From the NCBI RefSeq assembly GCF_009914755.1, contig NC_060930.1: 64,000 bases of DNA. One strand, written 5' to 3'. Positions 13,681-26,400 of the stretch are shown piece after piece. Origin of the DNA: the human T2T-CHM13v2.0 reference genome, Homo sapiens. The position numbers were made by a program, and so were the translations under genes. Every line of letters begins with the position of its first letter. Position 1 is the stretch's first letter. Under the pieces are notes generated by a model. The model saw nothing but the letters and a program-made list of their open reading frames with translations, made no database searches and had not been told where the DNA came from.

Positions 13681-15553
13681 TTTTTTCTTCTTCAACTGTT
13701 ACTTTAACTTCAGGGGTACATGAACAAGATGTTCAGGTTTGTTACATAAGTAAAAATGTGCCATGGTGGTTTGCTGCCCAGATCATCCCATCACCTAGGT
13801 ATTAAGCCCAGCATCCATTAGCTTTTCTTCCTGATGCTCTCTCTACCCCCAACCTTCCACCATCAGCAGGCCCCAGTGTGTGTTGTCCCCTGCCCCCTAC
13901 ATGTCCATGTGTTCTCATCCTTTGATTCCCACTTATAAGTGAGAACATGTAGTGTTTTGTTTTCTGTTCCTGCATTAGTTTGCTCATGATAACGGCTTCT
14001 GGCTCCATCCATGTCCCTACAAAGGACATGATAGTGTTCCTTTTTATGGCTGTGTAGTATTCCATGGTGTATATGTACTACACTTTCTTGATCCAGTCTA
14101 TCATTGATGGGCATTTGAGTTGATTCCATGTCTTTGCTATTGTGAATAGTGCTGCAGTGAACATATGCATCCATGTATCTTTATAATAGAATGATTTATA
14201 TTACTTTGGATATATACCCAGTAATGGGATTCCTGGGTCAAATGGTATTTCTGCTTCTAGATCTTTGAGGAAACACCATACTGTCTTCCACAATGGTTGA
14301 ACTAATTTACACTCCCACCAACAGTGTAGAAGTGTTCCTTTTCCTCCACAACCTTATCAGAATCTGTTGTTTGTTGACTTTATAATGATTGCCATACTGA
14401 CTGGCATGAGATGGTATCTGATTGTGGCTTTGCTTTGCATTTTTCTAATGATCAGTGGTGTTGAGCTTTTTTCGTATGTTTCTTGGCCACATGTATGTCT
14501 TATTTTGAGAAGTGTCCTGTTCATGTCTTTTGCCCACTTTTAAATGAGGTTGTCTGGTTTTTCTTGTAAATCTGTTTAAGTTCCTTGTAAACTCTGGATG
14601 TTAGACCTTTGTCAGATAGATAGATTGCAAAAATTTTACCCTATTCTGTAGGTTGTCTGTTCACTCTTTTACTGTGCAGAAGGTCCTTAGTTTAATTAGA
14701 TACCATTTGTCAATTTTTGCTTTTGCTGCAATTGCTTTTGGTGTTTTTGTCATGAAATCTTTGCCTGCACCTATGCCCCGAATGGTATTGCCTGGGTTTT
14801 CTTCTAGGGCTTTTATAGTTCTGGGATTTACATTTAAGTCTTTAATCCATCTTGAGTTGATTTTTGTATATGGTGTAAGAAAGGGGTCCAGTTTCAATTT
14901 TCTGCATATGACTAGCCAGCACTTCCAGCACCATTTAGTAAATAGGGAATCCTCTCCCCATTGCTTGTTTTTGTCAACTTTATTGAAGATCAGATGGTTG
15001 TAGGAGTGCAGTCTTATTTCTGAGTTCTCTATCCTGTTCCATTGGTCTCTGTGTCTGTTCTTGTACCATTACCATGCTGCTTTGGTTACTGTAGCCTTAT
15101 AGTATAGTTTGAAGTCATGTACTATGATGCCTCCAGCTTTGTTCTTTTTGTTTAGGATTGTCTTCGCTATACAGACTCTTTTTTGCTTCCATATAAATTT
15201 TAAAAAAGATTTTCTAATTCTGTGAAGAATGTCAATGGCAGCTCAATGAGAATACTCAATGAGAATAGTATTGAATCTATAAATTACTTTGGGCAGTATG
15301 GCCATTTTCACCATATTGATTCTTCCTATGCATAAGCATAAAATATTGCTCCATTTGTTTTTGTCCTCGCTGAATTCTTTGAGAAGTGGTTTGTAGTGCA
15401 CCCTAAAGAGGTTCTTTATGTCCCTTGTTGGCTGTACTCCTAGGTATTTTATTCTTTTTGTGGCAATTGTGAATGGGAATTCATTCATGATTTGGTCTCT
15501 GCTTGCCTGTTGTTGGTGTATAGGAATGCTACTAATTTTTGCACATTGATTTT
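13681..15553 (-). mobile_element. Older L1PA (about PA8-13) 3' UTR and ORF2 3' end
   Basis: Poly(T) start, cagatcatcccatcacctaggtattaagcccagc; ORFs 13802, 14661 and 15243 are L1 ORF2 remnants. Confidence 0.88.
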
Positions 15554-17784
15554 TTTTATTATACCTTAAGTTCTAAGGTACATGTGCACAACATGCAGGT
15601 TTGTTACATAGGTATACATGTGCCATGTTGGTTTGCTGCACCCATCAACTCGTCATTTCCGTTAGGTATTTCTCCCAGTGCTATCCCTCCCCCTGCCCCC
15701 ACGCTCCAACAGGCCCCGGTGTGTGATGTTCCCCGCCCTATGTCCGTGTGTTCTTGTTGTTCAACTCTCACCTATGAGTCAGAACATATGGTGTTTGGTT
15801 TTCTGTCCTTGTGATAGTTGGCTTAGAATGGATGCTTTCTAGCTTTATCCATGTCTCTGCAAAGGACATGAATTCAACCTTTTTTATGGCTGCATAGTAT
15901 TCCATGGTGTATATGTGCCACATTTTCTTAATCTAGTCTATCATTGATGGACATTTGGGTTGATCAAGTCTTTGCTATTGTGAATAGTGCCACAATAAAC
16001 ATACGTGTGCATGTGTCTTTATAGTAGCATGATTTATAATCCTTTGAGTATATACCCAGTAATGGGATTGCTGGGTCAAATGGTATCTCTAGTTCTAGAT
16101 CCTTGAGGAATTGCCACACTGTCTTCCACAATGGTTGAACTAATTTACACCCCCACCACAGTGTAAAAGCATTCCTTTTTCTCCACATCCTCTCCAGCAT
16201 CTGTTGTTTCCTGACTTTTTAAATGATCGCTATTCTAAATGGCATGAGATGTTATCTCGTTGTGGTTTTGATTGGCATTTCTCTGATGACCAGTGATGAT
16301 GAGCATTTTTTCATATGTCTATTGGTTGAATAAATGTCTTCTTTTGAGAAGTGTCTGTTTATATACTTTTCCCACTTTTTGATGGGGTTATTTGTTTTTT
16401 TCTTATAAATTTGTTTGAGTTCTTTGTAGATTCTGGATATTAGCCCTTTGTCAGATGAGTAGATTGCAAAGATTTTCTCCCATTCTGTAAGTTGCCTGTT
16501 CACTCTGATGATAGTTTCTTTGGCTGTGCAGAAGCTCTTTAGTTTAATTAGATTCCATTTGTCTATTTTGGCTTTTGTTGCCATTGCTTTGGTGTTTTAG
16601 TCTTGTAGTCTTTGCCCATACCTATGTCCTGAATGGTATTGCCTAGGTTTTCTTCTAGGGTTTTTATGGTGTTAGGTCTTACATTTAAGTCTTTAATCCA
16701 TCTTGAGTTAATTTTTGTATACGGAAGGGATCCAGTTTCAGCTTTCTACATATGGCTAGCCAGTTTTCCCAGCACCATTTATCAAATAGGGAATCCTTTA
16801 CCCATTGTTTGTTTTTGTCAGGTTTGTCAAAGATCAGATGGTTGTAGATGTGTGGTGTTATTTCTGAGGCCTCTGTTCTGTTCCATTGGTCTATATATCT
16901 GTTTTGGTACTGGCACCATGCTGTTTTGGTTACTGTACACTTGTAGTATAGTTTGAAGTCAGGTAGTGTGATGCCTCCAGCTTTGTTCTTTTTGCTTAGA
17001 ATTGTCTTGGCTATGCGTGCTCTTTTTTGGTTCCATATGAACTTTAAAGTAGTTTTTTCCAATTCTGTGAAGGAAGTCAGTGGTAGCTTGATGGGGATAG
17101 CATTGAATGTATAAGTTACCTTGGGCAGTATGGCCCTTTTCATGATATTGATTCTTCCTATCCATGAGCATGAAATGCTCTTCCATTTGTTTGTGTCCTC
17201 TTTTATTTTGTTGAGCACTGGTTTGTAGTTCTCCTTGAAGAGGTCCTTCACATCCCTTGTAAGTTGGATTCCTAGGTATTTTATTCTCTTTGCAGTAATT
17301 GTGAATGGGCACCCACTCATGATTTGGCTCTCTGTTTGTCTATTATTGGTGTATAGGAATGCTTGTGATTTTTGCACGTTGATTTTGTATCCTGAGACTT
17401 TGCTGAAGTTGCTTATCAGCTTAAGGAGATTTGGGGCTGAGACAATGGGGTTTTCCAAATATACAATCATGTCATCTGCAAACAGAGACAATTTGACTTC
17501 TTCTTTTCCTAATTGAATACCTTTATTTCTTTCTGTTGCCTGATTGCCCTAGCCAGAACTTCTGACACTATGTTGAATAGGAGTGGTGGGAGAGGGCATC
17601 CTTCATCCTCGTCTTGTGCCTATTTTCAAAGGGAATAATGCTTTCAGTTTTTGCCCATTCAGTATGATATTGGCTGTGGGTTTGTCATAAATAGCTCTTA
17701 TTATTTTGAGATACATTCCATCAATACCTAGTTTATTGAGCGTTTTTAGCATGAAGGGCTGTTGAATTTTGTCAAAGGCCTTTT
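15551..17784 (-). mobile_element. Younger L1PA (about PA6-7) 3' part nested in the older L1
   Basis: New poly(T)/ttattatac 3' end at 15551; the 268-aa ORF 16685-17491 carries the RT LFADD motif. Confidence 0.9.
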
Positions 17785-18126
17785 ATGAGGCTAGCATCAT
17801 CCTGATGCCAAAGCCTGGGAGAGACACAACAAAAAAAGATAATTTTAGGCCAATATCCCAGAAGTACATTGATGCAAAAATCCTCAGTAAAATACTGGCA
17901 AACTAAATCCAGCAGCACATCAAAACGTTATCCATGACAATCAAGTTGGCTTCATCCCTCGGATTCAAGGCTGGTTCTACATATGCAAATCAACAAACGT
18001 AATCCATCACATAAAAAGAACCAATGACAAAAACCACATGATTACTGCAACAGATGCAGAAAAGCCCAAAAGCTTCTTAAGCTGATCAGCAACTTCAGGA
18101 AAGTCTCAGGATATAAAATCAATGTG
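17781..18126 (+). mobile_element. Inverted L1 ORF2 pieces (17781-~18065 and ~18064-18126)
   Basis: Sense ORF2 ttttatgaggctagcatcatcctgat...gatgcagaaaag, jumping to gcccaaaagcttcttaagctg...aaaatcaatgtg. Confidence 0.85.
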
Positions 18127-18416
18127 TACTGGGCATGGTGGCTCATGCCTATAATCCCAGCACTTTGGGAGGCCAAGGCAGGCAGATCACCCGGGATCCG
18201 GAGTTAGAGACCAGCCTGGCCAACATGGCAAAACCACGTCTCTACTAAAAATACAAAAATTGGCCGGGCATGGTGGTGGGCACCTGTAGTCCCAGCTACT
18301 TGGGAGGCTGAGGCAAGAGAATTGCTTGAACCCCAGGAGGTGGAGATTGCAGTGAGGCGAGATCAGGCCACTGCACTCTAGCCTGGGTGACAAAGCAAGA
18401 CTCCATCTCAAAAAAA
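18127..18416 (+). mobile_element. AluS with a 7-A tail and no TSD of its own
   Basis: Full dimer that directly abuts an L1 5' end. Confidence 0.9.
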
Positions 18417-19200
18417 GGAGTCACTTCCAAGATGGCCAAATAGGAACAGCTCCAGTCTGCAGCTCTTAGTGAGATGGAGGGCAAGCTGAAGTAGGGCAGG
18501 GCATCGCCTTACCCAGGAAGTGCAAGGGGCTGGGGGATTTCCCTTTCCTAGCCAAGGGAAGCCGTGACAGACTGTACCTGGAGAAATGGTACACTCCTGA
18601 TCAAATACTGCACTTTTCCCACAGTCTTAGCAACTGGCAGAATAAGAGATGCCCTCTCGTGCCTGGCTTGGCAGATCCCATGCCCACGGAGCCTTGCTCA
18701 CTGCTAGCGCAGCAGTCTGAGATCAACCTGCAATGCTGCAGCTTGACAGGGGGAGGAGTGTCTGCCATTGCTGAGGCTTGAGTAGCTCACAGTGTAAACA
18801 AAGACGCCAGGAAGCATGAACTGAACAGAGCCCACCACAGCTCAGCAAGGCCTACTGCCTTTATAGATTCCACCTCTGGGGGCAGAGCATAGTAGAAAAA
18901 AAGGCAGCAGACAGCTTCTGCAGACTTAAATGTCCCTGTCCGACAGCTCTGCAGAGAGCAGTGGTTCTCTCAACATGACGTTCGAGCTCCGAGAATGACA
19001 GACTGCCTCCTCAAGTGGGTCCCTGACCCCCGTGTAGCCTGACTGGGAAACACCTCCCAGTAGGGGCCAACAGACACCTCAAACAGGCAGGTGCCCCTCT
19101 GGGACGAAGCCTCCAGAGGAAGGATCAGGCAGCAATATTTGCTGTTCTGCAGCCTCCACTGGTGATACCCAGGCAAACAGGGTCTGGAGTGAACCTCCAA
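18417..19200 (+). mobile_element. L1PA (about PA7-8) 5' UTR
   Basis: ggagtcacttccaagatggccaaataggaacagctcc start with the YY1 site, running to ggtctggagtgaacctcca. Confidence 0.88.
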
Positions 19201-19319
19201 ATGAGTCTTTTGAGAAGAAGGAGCACATATTATTCGAGGTGTGTTTAATACAGTCACAATTTACCTTCTCAGGAAAGTCTTAGTGTTTAGGCATTTAAAT
19301 TCTTATACTACTTGGGGAA

Positions 19320-19749
19320 TGTATTAGTCAGGGTTCTCTAGAGGGACAGAACTAATAGGATAGATAGATAGATATAAAGGGGAGTTTATTAAGTATTAAC
19401 TCACTTGATCACAAGGTTCCACAATAGGCCATCTGCAAGCTTGAGGAGCAAGGAGAGCCAGTCCGAGTCTCAAAACTGAAGAACCTGGAGTCCCATGTTT
19501 GAGGGCAGGAAGCATCCAGCACAGGAGAAAGATGTAGGCTGGGAGGCTAGGCCAGTCTCTCCTTTTCCCTTTCTGCTTTATATTCACTGGCAACAGATTA
19601 GATGGTGCCCACCAAATTAAGGGTGGGTTTGCCTTTTCCAGCCCACTAACTCAAATCTCAAATGTTAATCTCCTTTGGCAATGCCCTCACAGACACCCCC
19701 AAGACCAACACCAATCCAATCAAATTGACACTCAGTATTAACCATCTCA
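19320..19749 (-). mobile_element. MLT2A (HERV-L) solo LTR
   Basis: tgtattagtcagggttctctagaggg...gacactcagtattaaccatctca; TG...CA ends; 5-bp TSD GGGAA at 19315-19319 and 19750-19754. Confidence 0.9.
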
Positions 19750-20271
19750 GGGAAGATGAATAATCCTAGAAACTTGAATTCAGTCCTAATGAAGTGTAAA
19801 AAGCTTTAGTAGTGTTGATGAAGGTGATCTAAACTCTTTGATTCACAAACTCTTAAAGAAGGAAGGGACCTCAAAGATGATATTTTCCAGTCCTTCCATT
19901 TTACAAAGGATGGACCTGAGACCCAGGAGAGATGCAGTTATTTACTCGGGATCACACAGCTGGTTAGTGAAAGAGTAAAAACCAAAACACCTCTGACTCT
20001 CTTCTTATATCACGTTCTGAAGACTATTTCAAAATGATTCAGCTGGCTAAGCACATTTTGAAATTTGACATTTTCCTCAAAATACATGTGTAAGTCCAGC
20101 GGGGATCATTAATTGATTAGTCAATTCCTTCATAAATATTCACTAATTATTACTCTAAAATGCCCTCAAAACTCCACAAAAGTACAAAGACGTATATCAC
20201 TTCTGCTTACAGTTTCCAATCTCCCTAGAGCAGTAAGAAACATACACATAAAAAGATACCTAATGTCCCAA

Positions 20272-20367
20272 GATAAAATGTCAAATTGAGACGATGTGTA
20301 ATAACATGTCAAATTGAGACATTGTGTAATAACATGTCAAATCGTATGATAAAATGTCAAATTGAGA
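20272..20367. repeat. 28-bp tandem repeat (~2.3 copies) bracketed by a 20-bp direct repeat
   Basis: atgtcaaattgagacNNtgtgtaataac at 20278-20305 and 20306-20333; gataaaatgtcaaattgaga at 20272-20291 and 20348-20367. Confidence 0.9.
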
Positions 20368-20671
20368 GAGAAAATAACAAGGGTGTAGGCTATCACTGTG
20401 TCCTTAAAAATGTCGAAGAAGGCTTTGTAGAGTAAGCAGAGCTTGAAGATACTCGGATTTTCCTGGCATTATGGAAACTCTAACTCTTGCTGTACAAGAT
20501 GATTTGCATGACTTGTAGAAAAGGGTCTGTACTCTTTTTGCCATTCCCAGGGCAATAACAGAGTTTTAATTCTTGATGTCTCCTTAAACAAGAGGTTCTT
20601 AACCTGGAAAAGGGTCTATGATCTTGGATAGGATAGGGGAAAAAAACGTATCTTTACTTTTTTATATCTAG

Positions 20672-21069
<398 letters not shown>

Positions 21070-21361
21070 AAAATTTAGCATTTTCTGCAATTATGAATAT
21101 AAACAACAAACCACAGTAGTATTAGCAATTTCTGTGACCATCATCAATAGAAATTAATTACAGATATTTTCAAACCTCATTACAGTCATTGCAGAAAAAT
21201 AATTTATGTTCATCACTCTTTTGAACATATGGGCATTGTTAGATCTGTTCTAGATCTTGTTATTTAAAGTGTTAATAAAGACAAGTATTTATTATTATAT
21301 CAAAAACTTGGCTTTTAATATATTTTTGTTACTGATTTCCACATAATTATTTTATCTATAT

Positions 21362-21856
21362 AGTTCTGCTAGGTAAAACAATGGCCAACAAAGAAGCCTA
21401 CACCCTAATCCCCAGTACTTGTGAATATGATCTTATAAATGGCAAAAGAGACTGTGTTTATAATTAAGGTAAGGAAACTGCTGGGGAGATCCCACCAGGT
21501 GGGGAGACTATCCTGAATCGCCCAGATGGGCTCATCTAATGTGTTTACAGAAGCAAAGAACCTTTCCCAGCTGTGATCAAAGAGGGCTATGGAAAGGAGT
21601 TGATCACCTTTGCAGCCTTTGAAGATGGAAAAAGAGGACCATGAGCCAAGGAACGCGGGTGGCCTTGAGAAGCTGGGAAAGGCAAGGAAACACAGCCTCC
21701 CTTAGATCTTCCAAAAAGGAATGCAGCCTTGTCAACACCTTAATTTTAGCCCAGTAAGACCTCTATCAGACTTCTGACCTCTAGAACTGTAAGATAAATT
21801 TGTATTCATTCCCCAATTTGTGGTATTTTGGTACAGCAGCATTGGAAAATGAGTAT
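21362..21856 (+). mobile_element. MLT1D/E-type LTR
   Basis: atggcaaaagagact...gagccaaggaacgcgggtggcc...aaaggcaaggaaac...ctagaactgtaagataaa. Confidence 0.8.
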
Positions 21857-23503
21857 ACTTTATTTTACTTTATCCATTTCAAAATATTATTCTGAGAAAC
21901 TTCACCAGACAAAGCTGCTCAGGCACAAAAAAATATATAGTTTTTAAAAAACCCTGCCTAAGTAGTGTATGCAGCTGTACTTACAAGGAAAACCTTATGT
22001 AATTTGACATTGACACCAGTCAATGTCTAGTGGGACCTAAAAGGAAAAACTCTATTTGTTTTCACAATTATCCAGACGCTCCAGTAAAAATTTTTGTAGC
22101 AAAATCACAAGTTAAGTTCTCACTCAAGCTTGGCTTTTCCCTCGACTTTCTTTCTCAGTGGTTCTTATTTTTTCTGGCTTCCACCATTTCCAAATTTGGA
22201 TTACATTCATATAGGCAATTCATTCATGCAGGAATGAGAGCCAAGGGAAGAGTGTTTTTAATCCTTTTGATTGACATTATTACTTTATGAGCCTTCAAAT
22301 GAACCCAGCAGTTACTAATATATCATGCTAGGGAATTGTAGGAAAATGATAACCCAATAAAGAGGGCATATGGCAAAGGAACCGTGTTTCCCCTTCTCGA
22401 GGGTGATTGGGTCTCTGGAGATTTCTTGATTGGAATTCTCGGGATCAATTACTTATCCAGTTACAATATGTTAATGCCAAAACAATTTTTACAATAGTTT
22501 TAATTTCATATCTGTTAAATGTAAATAGCACTTTTTGAAGTATTTGACTGACTAAAATTGGTAGTGATATTTAAGTTTTGTCAAGTTCTGGGGAAAGGCC
22601 TTATATAATTTAAAAGTGTATTCTTAACTGTTATTTTAGAGTCTATCAGTCAGTTAAAAAAAAAAAACAAATTAGTTGTAATCCAAAAGAATTGTTTCTT
22701 TCCTTATGAACAACCACAACCATGAAATAACCAAACCTGAGTCTGTCTTTGTCAACAGCAGCCCAGTCTGTCTGCTGTTAGGCATAATTTGCAGTATACT
22801 TCCCAGCAAAACATCCACATCCTCTGGTAGCAAGCAGTTTTGTTTAAAGCACGCACTTGGATCTTAAGAGAATGAAAAATTAAAACTGTCGATGCAAACA
22901 ATCTAAAATTCCAAATTTTTTATCAGTTTGCTTTTGAAAATATGCATGAAGGAATATAATCATTCTTTCCCAGGAGTAGCTCCTTTGAGTAATGAAAGAC
23001 AGATGTGCTAAAGATGTCTGTCTCTAGTCCAGGTCGAGAATTATATACAGTGTATAATAAAGTATGATATCTGGATCTTAGACAAAATGCAATGCCAAAA
23101 CTAGAATGTTGCCAGCTTTCCACTGTGCAAGGTCTAATTTAGTTGATAAATCTGCTTCCCATCCTTCATGGATCTCAATGTATTTTCAGGAATTCAAAAG
23201 TAACATTTCTCAGTACTTACGATAAATAGTCATTGTGGCCTCAAGTACATAAAGTTGTATTAAATGACAACTATTTTAACATGGGGGATTTTAGAATATC
23301 TTACAGAGAGTTTTCACATATGTGAAAAAAACGTTGTGATGTTAAAATTCAGTTGAAAAAATTCTAAAAATTTAAATTGTGCGTCATAGAGTTTTCAATT
23401 ACTTTTTCATTGAAGCAATTGCATTTTCCCACACCTGAAAAACATACCTCTAACAGTAACCCTCAGCTGAGACCAGCATTTTATTGGTGTTTTCATATAC
23501 TAA

Positions 23504-23853
<350 letters not shown>

Positions 23854-24029
23854 AACAAATGGTTTTTTAAAAAGGCAGAGAATATTTGCTGGTGATGCAA
23901 ACGGTTTGCAGTTAGTAAATCTGATTTTCTAAAATTAACTTTAATCTAATAGAGAATGTCATACAATTTCATGCTACTAAAGAAAACCTGTAGGGGTTCA
24001 CAATAGCCAAAGTGGATTATACTACTACA

Positions 24030-24420
24030 ACATATGTACTCCAAAATGTGTAATAGCACAAACACAATATAAGTTTGTTTTTTATTCATATGAAAGTCCA
24101 AGGAGGGTGTATCTTGTCAGAGGGTGGCTCTCTTGCAGGTGGTGATCAGTGAAGCCGGGTTCCTTCTATCTTGTGGCTCCATCATCACCCAAAGCCTTTT
24201 CATCATCCACATCCAGTGGGAGGAATGGAAAGAGCCCTTGGAGGTGGTATGTCATCTCCTTAAGGCCTTTCCGCAGAGATTGTACTCATCAGTTCTACTT
24301 CAATTTCATTGGAAAGGCAGTCATATGGCTACACCTAGCTGCAGAGGAGGTTGAGAAATGGAGCACAGCCATCTGCCCAGAAATAAAGGGGAGCAGATTT
24401 TGTGAGAAGCTCTGCATGGG
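24030..24420 (-). mobile_element. Old MaLR LTR (MLT1K/L-like)
   Basis: ccttctatcttgtggctccatc...gtcatatggctacacctagctgca motifs. Confidence 0.55.
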
Positions 24421-25637
24421 ATAATTTCTAGTATTCAAATCATTTTAGGTTAATTTTCATGGATGTGAGTGAGATATACAGCTTCTTAGAAAAACAATTC
24501 ATTCTCAGGGGAAAAAAATCCAAAAACCATAGGAAAGCAAAGCAAAAAGTAAAAAATCCCCTCAAGCCCAGAGACAATCACTGTAAACACTTTGTATTAT
24601 TGTATTATGTATATAAAACATGGATATATTTGGATCTATGCAAAACAGTCAAATTATGCATACCCATTAACCTATGTTTACATTCTCAGGTAGATAATCT
24701 TCCCTCTTTTAATTATGAGATGCAATTAAAATCAAACAGGAAACAAGCAAATTTTTAAAAAACACATATATTTTAAAAAGGATATCTTCTGATAAAGTAG
24801 TATCTGTTATGGTATTATTTGGCTAATTCTAATTGACTATTCTGGACTTTAATGGCTAAAATAATTCAAAGAGTTGTAGGAATCTTGCTCTCTGAATATA
24901 CTAAATAAAAACAAGGCATCACCTTGCCACCAAAGGCGCTGGCCTAAAGGGCACTGGGCTTCATGATCCAGGCTCTGCCATCATGAGCCACATGACATTA
25001 GCCTCCTGTGTTTCGGTTTTCTTGAGGCCCACGAGATCCAGTTAGATATCTTGCTTTTCTAAAACTTTACAACATATTTGTGAAATAAATCTTCCTCTCT
25101 CCCTCTTTTCAGCTTTCAGTACTAAGTATCCTGGATCAAAGAACTACAGGATGATAACATTGCTTTCAGCCGTATCTATTACATGCGATGCCCTGATTCT
25201 GTGACAGGCCCTCCACAAAATGCATGATGTGTTCTTTCATAATCTTATAATAACTCTGGAAGGTTACTGGTTTCTATTTCCATCAAAGGACATAAAGCTG
25301 AAGAGAGTGAGTAAGTTGCCAAGTCCATACAGCTAACAAGGATGTGATGTAGGGTTTAAATCATATCACTGTGACTGCAAAGCCTGAACTTCACTGTTAA
25401 GCATCCCTGTGTTCTTGTCACTCGGTGCCATTGATATTTCCTGGGCAGTAAGAGTGTGTCATAGTCCCAGGAACAACTCTGGTTCTTCTAAGATGTAAGA
25501 TCAAAATTTCTCTAAAAGGTTGCTGTAGCTTAACTATTTAGTTGTTTTGATACGTGTGTGTGATGTGCGTTGGGTGAATTTTTTTTGAAAAGTTTTTTTC
25601 TGATTATAAAAATATATTTTTTCATTTTAGAAAGTTA

Positions 25638-25958
<321 letters not shown>

Positions 25959-26378
25959 AGAAAGTTAAGAAAGGGTAGAAAAAGTTATATAATAAACAGT
26001 AAGGATCACCCATAATCTCACTACTCAGAGAGATTCCTTGATGACATCATTGTCCACTCCTCAGACCTAGGGAGGAAGGGCAGGTTAGCCTAACTAATAT
26101 AGTTCCTGCCTGGTCCTTTACAGAAAAAGATTTGTGACATATATCATAAAACATTATGGCAAATATTTTAGCCCAGAGAGTTCAATACTGGGTAGTACTA
26201 GTAATCTGAGAGATGTTCAATATGAATTCTTTAGAATGTCTGGTTTAAACTGCACTCTAGTTTGATGGACCTTCCTGGAGTTATCTGCAAAATTTACCAA
26301 ACTAGCAGAATCAATTGATTTATCTGAAGAGTGACTTGGAATTGTACATTCAAACATTAGAAAATGTCTACCAAATTT

Positions 26379-26400
26379 TTGTGTGTGTGTGTGTGTGTGT
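26379..26400. repeat. (TG)n microsatellite
   Basis: About 11 units. Confidence 0.9.

Noticed and set aside
16685-17491. 268-aa ORF, the longest in the window
   Set aside because: L1 ORF2 reverse-transcriptase fragment in a frameshifted, rearranged element; not a host gene.
20272-20367. CRISPR-like repeat-spacer array
   Set aside because: The 'spacers' are near-identical, there are only 2-3 units, no cas genes, and the context is primate.
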